In this document: piece by piece, positions 24,641-37,702 of the stretch
Layout of the letters: each line of letters begins with the position of its first letter
Position numbering within the stretch: the stretch's first letter is position 1
DNA from: Oopsacas minuta
Taxonomy: Eukaryota > Animalia > Porifera
Direction: 5' to 3'
Assembly: GCA_024704765.1 (NCBI GenBank)
Contig: JAKMXF010000295.1
Location: forward strand, 1 to 64,000
DNA length: 64,000 bases
Notes under the pieces: model-generated
What the model was told of the DNA's origin: nothing
Database searches by the model: none
The model's input: only the letters and a program-made list of their open reading frames with translations
Made by a program: the position numbers and the translations under genes

Positions 24641-26649
24641 ATAATTATCACGTATTTACAAAACGGATCTGGTTGATCACTGAATATTCTAAGTTATTCC
24701 GAAAAATAGAGATTTTCAGGGTCAATGAATGGTAGATTAGTATAACTTTTCGTGAACAAACAAAAATTGTAATATATAATTCATCAATTCATAATAAGCA
24801 AAAACTGGGGCACCACAGTTTCCTATTGCGAGAAAAAAGATTTTGTTGAGATCAGGACATTTGCACATTCAACTTGTGGGTGCATAATATCTACTGGCGC
24901 CACGAATTGTGACATTCCCTTCAACCATTTTCCCTCCATATAATTCTAAAAAAATGGAAAAAATGTTTTCGTCTTGTATAAGCTTCCAAAAAGGTAGAAT
25001 ACTCACTTTGACAAACATTTCACTCTGGAGTACTAATCAAAAACAAATGGGAGATTTACGATGACGAGGTGAAACTAGCACAATGTTTTAATCAATTAAG
25101 GCAGTGTAGCTACAGTTGTCAAGTATTGACGTCGCCAGTGGATAAATACGCTCAGAAAATATTCTTTCAAAGATCTAACAAGTACGGAAGTTCGTGAAGA
25201 TACACAAATTTATATCATGTTGAACATAAACGCACAACGTATCTAATGCATTAAAACATTACGATCGCAAAATATCAAAATTTCTGATGAAGGTTTCTTC
25301 AAAAGAAAAAATTTGAGAAAGCGAGAAATTTGCAGGTTTAGCTTAGGATTCGGAGAATAAACAAAAAACCGGAAGGTTGGCAGGCCTGGAAATAATGTTA
25401 TACTTTCAAGATAGTAACAGCCCAAATGACGAATTAGGAGCACTAAGATAACAATAGCAATAATCACAAATATAGATGTGTGATATATTGCTAATCAATT
25501 TTCATATAAAAATATATGTATAAATGGGATTTACTGTATAAATACAATAGAAAACTTTTGGGACAGCGGAGAAATGTTGACCCGATCATCGTCGGTATGC
25601 TCACGCCTGTCTACGCTCATGTCAAAATCTTGAGAATCTCGTAACATCAACGCTGAAAATAATGGAATCATAGGAGAAAGCCAACGGGGTCATATAAAAT
25701 TTCAAATCCGAATGGTATAATTGTTAATGATAATAATTAACCTAAGTAGTTTGATTACTTAATATACTACACTATTATTCAGAGATATTCAATTTTTCAT
25801 AAAATTTGATGGACAAATCTACTATAATGAGATTTTCCAAAACTGGTACTATTTAGTGGGAACTTAATGCCCATTTTCAAAGGACAGTTCTAGTTAATAC
25901 TGAGTGTCCTTTTTAAATTTTGTCCTTTGATCATGACGAAAACTGAGACTAGCGTTCATAAACCGTATTTTTCTCGAATTAAAGCCTAGAATCTGCATGT
26001 CAAGTGTATATGTAGTACTATTTACAAAGAATCTCAGAAAATTCTCAGCTCCAAAATGTTTGCTATGGCGGTTTGATAAATATTTCATGTGAAGTTTACC
26101 GAAATTTCGTCATCCAGTACCTCTTTTGTTGATATAATCACTAAGCATTTTTAGAACTTGACAATGGATATTTGGTTACTATCTGTCAATAAATGTTACA
26201 ATAGGGTCCTTACATACATTTCCCTTAGACAATGCGGTAATTAATAAAGAAAGTGGCGACATATAGATAAGATCATCGTATGAAGTATCAATGAAAACTT
26301 CAGCATCATTCAATCTATACTACGTATGTAAACGCAATTAATCAGTATGCATATACATATATGTGTTTATATGTCCTGAATTGATTGGATAAACTAAAAG
26401 ATCATTAGTTCAGAGTTTTGGCATACAGGTTTATTTTGGGCGTGGGTCGGAAAAGTTCTAGTCATGGAGGAAAATAAACACCTATGACGAAATTATGACG
26501 TTATTGTCAGCCTTTTGATTTTCGAAAAATCGTATTTTCTGCCACTGCTCAGCCGATATCCATTTACGAAGTTCAATTGTAACCACAGGCATTGGGGTTT
26601 CTTTAAAAAGTTGTGGAGGACTACATGAAACTTATAGGAGCTAGTTTTT

Positions 26650-27130
26650 GATTTCATTATAGAATACACTAAAACCATCCTGTCAGCACTGCAATTGTCG
26701 AGAGAAACTTTAGTGCTATGAATAGAATATTTATGTACAGTCACGAATTCATTCCATGATAAGTTTGCATTTTGGCAAAATCACGACTTCAGAACATTTT
26801 GGTCCATTGAGGTCCCCGTCGTCAACGGCGGATCCTGGTGGGGCAATTGCCTCCCCCACTAGCTTTCAACATTAGAATAACTGAAAAGAATTAGTAAACA
26901 TAAAAGAAGATACTTTTTAGGGATTTCTACAAGGATGAAGGCGTATTAGCTCGCATGAACCATACGCTTCTTCTGTATCATTTCCAACACATTATCTAAA
27001 TTGATTGCTTTCACAATTTCTCTATTCAAGGAAATTATCATCAAATCATTTGCTCTAGTGCTATCAAGACTATATAGGGTCTCCAATCGAACCATTGAAG
27101 GCCAATAAATGGAATATGGATAGAACATGG
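26650..27130. mobile_element. Two decayed hAT C-terminal dimerization-domain fragments in opposite orientation
   Basis: Plus strand PVSTAIVERNFSAMNRI (~26683-26733); minus strand SMVRLETL..NDLMIISLNREIVKAINLDNVL (ORF 26946-27218). Confidence 0.5.
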
Positions 27131-28345
27131 ATAATAAAAAATACAATTTCCGCAAAGAATTAACCTCATGGCACCTAGTGCTGAGTATATTTGGTCGCGT
27201 AGCAACCCAAAGCATCAAAATATTTAGTTGTTTAATACTTAAGCTAAACAGTGGATTAAACTGTCGCCCATAGAACTGTCAGTTACTCTACAAATGAGGA
27301 GATGGTTACCCTAAATTTTCAGATATGAAATATTAACAAAACATACGATAACATGTGAGATACAGAGTATTTCAATATCTTGGCCTATCCATTATATAAC
27401 AGAAGCAAATCAAAACATAGTAATACAAGCTAACTCATTTTCAATATAATCTCCATTCAATTCTATTTACTCTTTCAATCCTATTAGGCATACTAGAAAC
27501 TAAATTATTCAGTATATCAGGATCGAAACTTTCCCAGGCTATTGTTAAACTTTTGAATTAGAGATTGACTCTTCGAATCTTGTCAGAATACATTAAGTCC
27601 ATCAGCCATAATTGCCCAAAGGTTCTCGATGGGATTTAAGTCTGGTAAATTGCGTGGCCACTCTCCTTTCTTCAAGAAGCTCGGGAAATGTTGAGCACAC
27701 CACTCCTGCATAGCTTTACCGGTATATGGTGGTGGACAATCCTGCATGAACAGAAATTCGGACATGTTTGCCAACATTGCTCGCTGAAGATCGCCTTCTC
27801 CTGGGGTTGAACGATTGATTGCATTCAAACATATGACTGCCAAAATGCTTTCGTGGTAGTATGCGCCATTTACGGATTGCCTTTGGGGTATAATGTGCAG
27901 TTATGAGAGTGCAGCGAGAGACATCATCCCCCAAACCATGATTCTGTGTGGAAATAACCTTGAGAATTGGAAGTGTTCCATCAGATTTTTTACTCCAGAT
28001 TCAATTATTCTGCCGATTTTAGCGAGCAATAGGCGGTTCTCCTTGATTTTCTTCGAAATTCGGGGGTGTTAAGCCTTTTAAGGCCTTAGCTTAAGGTGAC
28101 TATAGGCAGTGGCTGAAGAATCATCATAAACCTTTTCATGAAGATTGTGGCAATCTTTAGTGTTAAACGCCCCCTCTTGCCAAAATATTTAGAAATTACA
28201 ATTTTAGCTCCACAATTCAGAACTTTCGGAAGCCCGGAACACATTTTGTAGCCATTGTACTACCTTGTTTGTTGGCAGCCCACCATCTTCTTACAGAACG
28301 TTTCCCAACACCTAGATCCAGAGCAACATTTTTCTGTGTCGAACC

Positions 28346-30153
28346 CAGGGTTGGCCAGTTTAACCCACCCCTCCGGTTTAAATCATGGTTTAAAACGGGG
28401 GTCGGGCTAAACCCTAATTAGTGGGTTAAACCCTATTTTATGGTCAATACTGGTTGTTATCAGGGCGTTCAATAAGCCCTGCGGGTCATGATATATCTTA
28501 GGAATTAGTCAAGTAATATATCTAACTTTCATATATTATAAGCCCATAAAGTTAAATTCCATATACTGAAAGTTTCAAGCTTATTCAATACAAATTATGA
28601 ATTTTTGAGAAGCTACGTGTAGTCAATTTATACCCACTGTTGAATTTATGGCTTCAAATGATGATAATTTCAACCTCAAATGGCGAGCTTACATAGAGTT
28701 TCGCACAATACTTAAGTTCCAGCACGTACAGATCTTCAGCGAGTTATAGGAGATATTGTACGTGAATTGCCCTTCCAGATCTACTGTAGAGCGATGGGCT
28801 GCCCGTTTTAGATCTGGTGATGCTGATGTCACAGATTTACCTCGATCTGGAAGACCGGTATCCGCTACCACTTCAGAGAGTATCGCACTCATTGAAAGTA
28901 TGGTCATGGAAGACAAGTGCATTACTGTCAATCAGTTAGAACAAAGTATGGAGATTTCATCGGGAGCTATTCATACAACTCTGACGACTGAGCTTGGCTA
29001 CCGATCGATTTGTGGGAAATGGGTCCCGCATAAGCTCAGTGAGAATCAAAGGTTGGCATGACTGAATATTGCCAAGAAACTCTTGGAAACCTATGAGAAC
29101 TGCGACTCTAGACGCCTAACAGAGATTATTACTGGTGACGAGACGTGGGTGTACTATTCAACACCATATAGCAAGTACAAGAAGCGGTCATGGGTGAGGG
29201 GCGACGAACAAGCGGCGAAACTTCGTAAGCCCGACTTCAGAAAACCTAAGATTATGTATACCATCTTCTTCAGTAGTCATGGAATTGTCTTGCAATTACC
29301 TTGTGAGAGTGGCAAGGCTGTTACTGCTACTTTCTTTACAGAGCAAGTGCTTCCAAATTTGATAAAAAATATAGAAAAGTACCGTCCGAAAACAGTATCT
29401 CGAGGAATGAAGATTTTAATTGATAACACCAGTTCCCATACAGCTAAGCTTACAAAAAATTCCTTGGATATAGAAGGGTTAGAATTACTTCCCCATCCAC
29501 CATACTCACCAGACCTAGCTCCGTGTGATTTTTGGCTATTCCCCAAGCTTAAAATCTACCTTCAAGTCAAAGATTTTAACACATTACAAGCACTCGGAAC
29601 GGGCCTATACCAGTACTTCAAATCTATCCCCGAAGAAGAGTACAGAAATGTGTTTTACAACTGGGTGGAAAGGTTAAAAACTTTGTGTATCTGCAGGAGG
29701 GGATTATTTTGAATAAATAATATAGTGAATTAGTGTGTATAGTGTTTGTATCATATTCTATGATATCACCCGCAAGACTTATTGAACGCCCTAGTGTCCT
29801 GTGTAAAACCTCAATTAATTGGGTGAACAACCTAAACTGTATTTGAGATTTAAATTTAGGATTTCCAGTCTATAATTTGATAAAATTGTAAACACAGTAA
29901 ATATTCAAAGTCTACAGAAAGTAAGATCTTTAATCGTACAATTGACTCAAAACCAGATGTTATTTACTACGAATTTTAGCATTCATTCCAAATAAATATA
30001 TATATTAAATAATATCAAAATTGAGTTTCCAAAAGGGGGAAATATAATACTATAGTTTGATTAACGCGGGTTAAACTAGTAAAACCAGGTTGAAACCGAG
30101 TTACCCACTGGACCGGGCTAAACCTGTCTACTCTGGGTTAAACTCTAACCCTG
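28346..30153. mobile_element. Non-autonomous hAT-type element (~470 bp own sequence) containing a mariner
   Basis: TIR CAGGGTT(GGCC/AG)AGTTTAACCC; 8-bp TSD gtcgaacc/gtagaacc (7/8); repeated ggtttaaa/gggctaaacc subterminal motifs. Confidence 0.8.
28460..29794 (+). mobile_element. mariner (DD34D) transposon, full length; transposase 28648-29712 with two in-frame stops
   Basis: TIR AGGGCGTTCAATAAG(C/T)C(C/T)TGCGGGT. Motifs WVPHKLS, ITGDETW, ILIDN, PYSPDLAPCDFWLFP. Stops near 28747 (TAG) and 29059 (TGA); no frameshift seen. Confidence 0.92.
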
Positions 30154-31660
30154 GTAGAACCTGCTTCCAGCATTCCTATTGCTCTTGAACGGACAGCAAT
30201 TTCATGATCCCCGACATTAATTTTTCAAATATACCTGACGACAGTGATTAGAAAGATTATATGAGTTATAAATTATTTTTGTTGTTAGTGATTGAAAATA
30301 ATTGAATATGATTGTTGGATTCAAATGATGTTATGTTGGTTAGCTATTCTGGTTATCGAAGAATATACTATACACCTTGAAAGTAAATGCGCCCAAGACT
30401 TTTGAAACACCTTGTTATGCTTGATGATAAAATCACTATAATGCCAACATATTTTCCGATTTCAATCAGATCTTAATGGTTTATGGGCTAACATACAAGA
30501 CTTGAAGCCCAAACATATTAAATGTTGATACGATGAGATTTGAAAAGGTTAGCACCTAGTGAATCTATCTGCGAAATAGCAGACAGCCGCAATTTAAATG
30601 TAAGATGGGATCGGAATATATCCGTCGGAAGAGGTTCTAATCCTAGTATTGTTCAGGAGCCTTGACAGTAGAAGTGTGTAAATTTTCATACCATTTTCAA
30701 ATTATAAACAATTTTTAGCTTAAGTACCCTCACTTGTACAAAAATGTGAATATATCAAAAGGAAACAGATGTAAACCAAATGAAATTTTCTATAGAAAGA
30801 ATTATAACCAAAAATATTCATTTTACTATATGCCAGTCCCTCATTACTTTCTGGGTTATTTCCAGTTTTAGTTTTCGCAAATATATAGTACTCAAAACTC
30901 AGTTTACTAGTGTTGTTAAATTATCCATATGTAAAAACATAAACAAGGCATTACAAAGCAGTTTTCAAACTATTTTTCGAAATATTTGAGTTTAATAGTA
31001 AGTAATCATTTCAACTTATTGGAAATCCTGGGTCAAACAGAGAATGACTGGAAATTTGTGATGCCATAAGTCTGAAATCACATGAGCTGTTTTTCTTTAA
31101 ATTAAGACAACGAGTCTATTAGGATGGGAAAGACATTTGGCAACTTCAGGATAGATTGATATAACTTCCTGAAAGGCTTGATTTAACTGATTTTAGTGGC
31201 AATGAACAAATAAGGCATTTAGATAGAAGGTTGTAAGATTGCCGTGATGAGCTATATTTACATCATATTACGTAGGTATATTGGAAATTAGAATTCATAC
31301 TTGATTTCTCATGGATAATAGTAATTAATGTGTGGGTTTGATTCTATTTCACCATATTCCTTTGATACTAAAATCTAAGATAAAGTCTGGACCAACAGCA
31401 TTAAATTTTAATTGAGTACGTATAGTGGCAGCATTATTAGAGGCGCTATAACATGTCAAATTTACCCTTAATACACATAGTACCATAATCAAAAGTCCAA
31501 CGTTAAAACCTTCAATTAATATCTAGTGTGCTGATGACACAATTTGAATTTAGAATTTTTTGCATGCCCCGCCTGCAGTTACATGAAATAAATAGTTAAC
31601 TTGTGAATACAATATGATATAAATATAATTACGAATATATTCTCTATAGGAAGCACATAT

Positions 31661-33713
31661 CACAATGGGCATAAATAGGTGCTTTAGTGAAAATAGGCAT
31701 GAATCAGTGGTGTATTCAGGGGGGGGTCAAGGGGGCATGGCCCCACCCGAAATATTTTGATGATTGATTGCAATTTATATTTATCTATCCGAATCAGTGG
31801 AATACTCATGAGGCTATGTCTCAAAAATCACTTGAATATCATTAAATAAATTAATCATTTTTGCAAATATTGTTGTCTGTACTAATACTACAGATACACT
31901 ACAAAACAATGTCAATCTTCCTGATAATTCTGGACCTCTCATTTATGATTTCCTCTTGCTCAATTTGTATTTCACGTCCATGGGCAGATATAATTGCAAG
32001 ACCTGATAATCTTTTTTCTCCCACACAATTTCTAAGATAGGTCTTTATACGATTCATGGTTGAAAAGCTCCTTTCACCCGTTGCGGTTGTTGCTGGTATC
32101 ATTGAAAATATCTGTAGGATACGGAATATAGCCGGCATTATGTCAATATTGTAGTGTGCTAATGAGTCAACTGCCTTATCAGGAATCAGCTCTCCCTTCC
32201 TTTTCTTTACAACTCAATTTGAGCTCAAATTGTCATTTGTGCCTCGATTTCTGAAGAGCTAAATGGTAATATTGTGTCCATGGTTTAGACATTTTCAATA
32301 TGGAAAATACAATATAGTGATCTAATATAGGCCATTAGGAAATCAAAATAAATATAATCTACCCTAGAGGTTATGAAAAGAAGAATCAGACAATTACCAC
32401 TGTAAAATCGTCAACAACGAAACTCTTTGTTAAAGGCATTGTTTATATAAAAAAACTTATCAGATTCCAATTGAATAAAGGTCAATAATTAATTAATTAC
32501 TACATCTATTACTAAAATTTATAGTAACCAATGTCCAATGACGACTAACTAGTGACTATAATAAAATTTGAAACTACATGGGTCCCCACGAATACAAAAG
32601 CTGGCTACGCCACTAGCATGAATATAATAGCTACATAAGCAAAATATTTCGCTTATATTAAAACGATGTTAAAAAATCGATTGGAAACAAATAATATTAT
32701 GTATAAGTGATATTTAACACGTTTGTGGCTTGATTTCTGACAAATTTATAGATATGATACTCATGGTCGCATAATTTGATAATATTGGTAACCCATGTGC
32801 TTAAAATTATTCTTCAAACAATGGTGACTATTGAAAATTCTATAGTTCCAGTGTAAAATTCCATTTTAATCTATTGGAGTATAGCGAAGTTATGAAACGA
32901 TGTACATTTGCAAACTAACAATTTAAAACAATCCCTAGCCACTTGAGCTAAAACAAAATTTTTCATGTGTTTGATGAATAACCCAAATTATATAGTCTCT
33001 GTCATCTACAATCAGTAAAAAAACTGAAAGGAGTGAATAAAAACATATATCTAGTGAATATATGCCGCTCTAACTGATGGTTGAGAGCAGAGAAGTCGAA
33101 AGCTTCTCTGTTATTCATTATTAATGTATTGTATTTTAAGAGAGAACAAAAAATGAAAATTTAGGAAATGTGTGAAATTTCAAAAAATGTCAAGAGGCCC
33201 AGATAGAATTTGAAAAATGGCTACTGTCGCGCCATTTCGGGCCCCCAGGAAATTATGCTAAATTTGAGCCAGTGGATATAGCATTAACTTAAAACCTTAA
33301 AATCCTTTGCCCACGAGTGTTCACTATATCTGCAAAATATAATTCTTTCGAACAGACCGAAACTAATGGAAAGTATTTTGCAAAATTTCTTTGGTCTACT
33401 GAGAACCAAGCTCTGATACATGAGAGAATTATAAGTGCATATACTCTACATTGAAATAGCAAAATGTGCTTACTCTCACTAGTCTAGCATTTTACCACAA
33501 TTACACTTGTGTGGTTACTACAAATATCAAATGCTATTATTGGCCTCAATAAATATGCATTCCGTTGGTGCAGAATTACACAAGTTTCTGCTGACATTGA
33601 AGTCTCTAAATTTGGTTGCCTAGGTTTTAGGCGGTAAGGAATTTAGTTCAAACATAATTTTTCAGATTTGAGTACATCCAAATTTACCCTATTCCACCCA
33701 TTTGCCCACTGTG
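31661..33713. mobile_element. Non-autonomous Transib-derived element (~1.13 kb own sequence) containing a hAT insertion
   Basis: Ends CACAATGGGCATAAATAGGTG and (reverse complement) CACAGTGGGCAAATGGGTG. Flanks catat/tatac match only 3/5. The left end resembles Transib-2 (gaaatag(g)catgaa). Confidence 0.6.
31705..32615 (-). mobile_element. Internally deleted hAT element (911 bp) retaining the dimerization-domain coding fragment
   Basis: TIR (C/T)AGTGG(T/C)GTA; perfect 8-bp TSD GCATGAAT. ORF 31899-32138 contains IPATTATGERSFSTMNRIKTYLRN..RLSGLAII. Confidence 0.88.
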
Positions 33714-34007
33714 TATACTTGGATTGATTATGGTCAGAGGTGATAGAAATGATGTTAAAAACAAATTTAGCTGTAACTGTTAACAGTAAATCTATCCTTC
33801 CTCAAAAACTAATTAACTATTCCACAATTCTTGTATTAACTAAGCAGTTATCAGCTAGTTAGTAGCTCTTAATAGTACTTGAATTAACATTACGATAGTA
33901 TGAGTTAACAGAAAATTTCTTCACTCAAATCCGATCCTAAAACTACCCAATTATGGTATTAATACACTTCCAAAATAGTCGATATCTCATCAAGGTACAT
34001 GCTAGAA

Positions 34008-34060
34008 CAGTGGTGGGCAAACTTTCGTCTGCGCGGGGCCGTATTGACCTACGACTACGT
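34008..34060 (+). mobile_element. Orphan hAT/Charlie-like left terminus
   Basis: CAGTGGTGGGCAAACT...GGGGCCG resembles Charlie-type TIRs. No partner end found. Confidence 0.3.
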
Positions 34061-34103
34061 TCCATAATCTAATTTATTAGAGAACCTCTACTAGTGAATT
34101 GTA

Positions 34104-35406
34104 CAGGGTGGCTAATAAGTTCTGGCACATAGAAAAACTACTATAATTTAACCAATATTCATTATATTCAGTTGATATTTTAGCATATGTAGTTAGGCAT
34201 TATGAATTTTATTGTGCACAATCTCTATTCCATGTATCCGCCTTTCTTTTTGATAACAGCCTTCAGACGCCCGGGGACTGCGCACACTGCGATACACAGC
34301 ATCTCCTGGGGGATTTTTGCCCATTCTCTCATCAGAGATTGCCTTAGAGACCCAATACTGATATGGGACTTCGAGCAAGCACTGACTCTAAAATGGACCA
34401 CACTGAGAAATCTAGAGGTTGAGGTCTGGCAAGACAGCGGCAATTCTACTTTTGAGATAAAGTCAGGAATATTTGTCTGAAGCCATCGCTGAGTACTGTT
34501 TGCTGTATGCGTAGGAGCACCGTCTTGTTGGAATATGAAGGGCTGGTTTTCAAACATCATCTCACCAAGATCTTTCACAATGGGCTGTAAAATGAGCTCC
34601 TTAGACGTTGCAGCATTGATTTTGACCCCTGCAGAGACGAAAACCAGTGGTGTCCGGCCACAGAAGATACTCCGGCCCAAACCATCAACGAGAGTGGTTT
34701 CTAGACTCTTTTGACGTACCTGTACTAATCAGGGTTAGTAGAAGTGCTTTAGATAATATTCTATCGTTTTAATGATTGAATGCTTGATCAACGGTGAAAT
34801 TTTTTCATCGGAGAAAAGGATTTGATCCAGTCCCTGGGCTACGAATCGTGCATGGAGGACTTTGCTTCTTGAGAGCCTCTTTGTCTTTATTTTGTCTGAA
34901 AGGAAATGGACTCTCCTTTCTTAAACGAAGATAGCCCTAAGTCTCTCTTGACAATCGTTTGAAGAAATCCACGGGATATTTTCAGTTCTTTAGCCATTTT
35001 TCTGATCGATCGCTGAGGATTTCGCCACACTCGACTCTGCACTACCTTTCGCATCTTTACGGTCGTGATGGATACCGGGCGACCAGTTCTGGCTCTGTCC
35101 ATCACGCCACCAGTCTCATTGAAGCGTTTTATCGTACGGATTACGAAATTCCGACGTGTCTATGGAATCTTTAAAAGTTTCATTATTTCTTTTTGTTTTA
35201 TCCCTTTTTGAAATTATTCAACAATCGCCGACCGTTCTTTTCCATAGCTGATAATTTGTTCTTGGTTTTCAACTAGTGTATTTTTAATGAATATTGTATT
35301 GCGAGAGATAACAGAATAAATACAAACCAGTAACGTCAATCAATCTAAATCATGAAAGATTTTGGTATGATATAAAATTATGTGCCAGATCTTATTGGCC
35401 ACCCTG
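34104..35406 (-). mobile_element. Tc1/mariner superfamily element, maT (DD37D)-like, full length (1303 bp), decayed transposase ~34225-35246
   Basis: 26-bp TIR CAGGGTGGC(T/C)AATAAG(T/A)TCTGGCACA with TA flanks. Motifs RTGRP, ILFSDEK, FQQDGAPTHTA. Repairing small deletions gives SPDLNPLD with 37 residues between the second and third D (inferred). Confidence 0.85.
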
Positions 35407-37292
35407 TAAATTAAACAATAATACTAAAAAATTCTTAACTTACATTAATCAAATTTTCCATGGGATTAAATTTCCGAATGCGTAAGGAAGAGTAATACAG
35501 TGATCAAATAATTTGAGTACTCAAATAACTTAAGCCAACGAGACCGGTTCAATATCACAACCAGTTTGATGAGCTAGAATTAAAGATAGACAATATCTTG
35601 CAAGGGGAGAGAATATTTTGAGGCTATATAATAATAAAAATTATTATTATAAAGCTCGAGTTCAACAGTTGCTAGCAATGAGAGCATGATGGTCATGAGC
35701 CCACCTCCATCTAGTGCTAGTAAAAATCCTTAACAATTAACCCCCAGAAAACGAAAAAATGTGATGAAAATTGTTACGAGGAGATAAAGAGGAGTTTACT
35801 AGATAATGAAGAGAAGAAGAAGACACTGCAAAGAGGCATCGATTGCAAGTTGGACAGGTTAGACGCTTGATTCTGCGAAGTAGTCAGCCTACTTGAGCGG
35901 ATAGCTATGGAGCAAGCCAAATTATAGTCATTGATGTCTCTAAAGTAACTTCTTTATTTCTTCCACCACCTAATGTAAGCTTTTTCCGCCATCATCATCC
36001 TTTCTCTTACATCCTCATCATCTCCCAAACAAGATTAATAATTATATTTATGAATTGTTTCCATTTATTGCAAGGAAATTTATCACATAAATATTCTACT
36101 CACAAGTGGACAAATAGCAATTTCAGATTAGTTAAAATAGGTTGCAATTGTTTCTTCACTTACAAAAACTCTATTATCGATAAAATCTGATTCAATCAAT
36201 TCTTCAGTCATCTCTTGTTATATATTTTCAAATTCTGTTGAAAGCCTAAGTTTGGCTAATTCGCACAATTGCCTTGTATCTATAGTGGAACACGCTCATT
36301 TGGAAGTGTATAATGTATTTGCAATACAACAGTATTCGCTAAAACAGTATTCTGAATTCAATAAACAAACGCATGTGGGACTGGAAGGGCAATTCGTTAT
36401 ATGCGTGAAAAATATAAACTCAAATGGAAGTGAAATGGGATGGTGAAAGCATATTCGTTATAGCAGTAAATTTGAGATATACATGTTCGTTATAAGGATG
36501 TTCCACTGTATTTTACTTATCTTGTCTGGTTTATAGCACAGCTACAACGGGTTTAACCATCGACCTACACCTGCATCTCCAAATCCCAAAGCACATTCTA
36601 TAGTTTTCTGATGTTTCAAAAAGCACGATTGAATCTTCTACCGCGTATGGCAACAGGTGAAAGTATAGGAGCCCATAAAATTGATTTGGCAAATATACCA
36701 TATGGAAATCGGGTATCAAAACATGCATCTATGGAATTCAATGTGAAGCTTCTCAAAATAGATTTCATGAAGAAATCGAGAAAATATATTTTTACATAAT
36801 AGTAAAGCAAGCACAGTTTTCATATACCATGGATACTAATCCAATATCAATAATGAGGAGGTTCTCCATAAATACAAAAAAGTGAGGTTTAACATTGGGA
36901 GAGTCCCCGAATTTAGGGAGCCACACATTGAATTTCCAAATGTAGATTTGGGGAGGACCACCACAACTTGCGAGGGCCTTATGAAATAGTAAACATATAT
37001 TCCACCTGGGGAGGACCTCGCTAAATTCGTGGTAGTCCCCAAATAAACCCCTACACGGTTGGACCAGAGCGTCCCTGGTACAAAATCAATAAGTAGTCGT
37101 GAGGCCTTATGTATAGTAAGCCATAAGTAAACCTACAGTGGTTTTCTGTGAAATAAATAATGACAAACTCTTCGAATTAACCAAGTTTCAAAATACACAA
37201 TTGAAGTTCAACCAGATGTGCTTAATTAGATAAGTAACAAAAATAAACTCAAACTGAACAGTAAATTAATTCAGAAGAAAGAGTTGAAATAC

Positions 37293-37485
37293 CTGTAAAG
37301 CTGGATAAAGTAGGCTTGACAAAAGAGGGCTATCACACTGTTTCACGACTTCTGTCCCTGCCTTTTTGGCATCGTGTTCAGTAAGAATAGCACTTAATTT
37401 GTATACATCTAATGAATACATTCTATTTAACTGGTATTCAGTTCCCCTCACAAAATGTAAATTTTCCAATGAAACACCTATAGAT
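37293..37485 (-). CDS. YARS1: Cytoplasmic tyrosyl-tRNA synthetase, exon 2 (193 nt)
   Basis: ttcag|A TCT ATA GGT gives (R)[49 protein letters not shown]|gtattt. Phases 2 and 0 fit the flanking exons. Confidence 0.95.
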
Positions 37486-37518
37486 CTGAATATAATATTA
37501 ATAAGAAATAATCAAATA

Positions 37519-37702
37519 CAGTAGAGTCTCGTTAATACAAGAACACGGTAAGCCGTAATTCCGGATAAGGAGTACAATATTGTACACTATATCAGAACAC
37601 TTCGATGCCTTTTCAATATTAATGTACTCGGATAATATGTACTCCGGATAAGGAGTATGAATTTTAGCTGTCGCTGGTGTACGTATTAACGAGAGTCTAC
37701 TG
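37519..37702. mobile_element. Tigger-like MITE (184 bp)
   Basis: 20-bp TIR CAGTAGA(GT/CT)CTCGTTAATAC, TA on both flanks, internal repeat ccggataaggagta. Confidence 0.85.

Larger units (their letters stand above)
27363..30414 (-). mobile_element. Tc1 (DD34E) transposon, decayed, interrupted by a hAT-type element; ends approximate
   Basis: C-terminus FMQD..WPRNLPDLNPIENLWAIM (27583-27843). The N-terminal HTH reads across the insertion: RAIGMLEAG|STQKNVALDLGVGKRSVRRW. Termini are degenerate. Confidence 0.7.
5043..37292 (-). other. YARS1: YARS1 intron 2 (32,250 bp, GT-AG, phase 0), filled with transposons
   Basis: Donor CAG|gtattt at 37292; acceptor at 5043. The joined sequence LLYPALQ|ALDEEHL is colinear with the known TyrRS sequence LLYPGLQALDEEYL, so no intervening coding exon is needed. 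Confidence 0.88.

Noticed and set aside
36600-37050. Possible Penelope RT/GIY-YIG relic (SGTLPMLNL)
   Set aside because: Only one weak motif, with no continuous frame. Not supportable.
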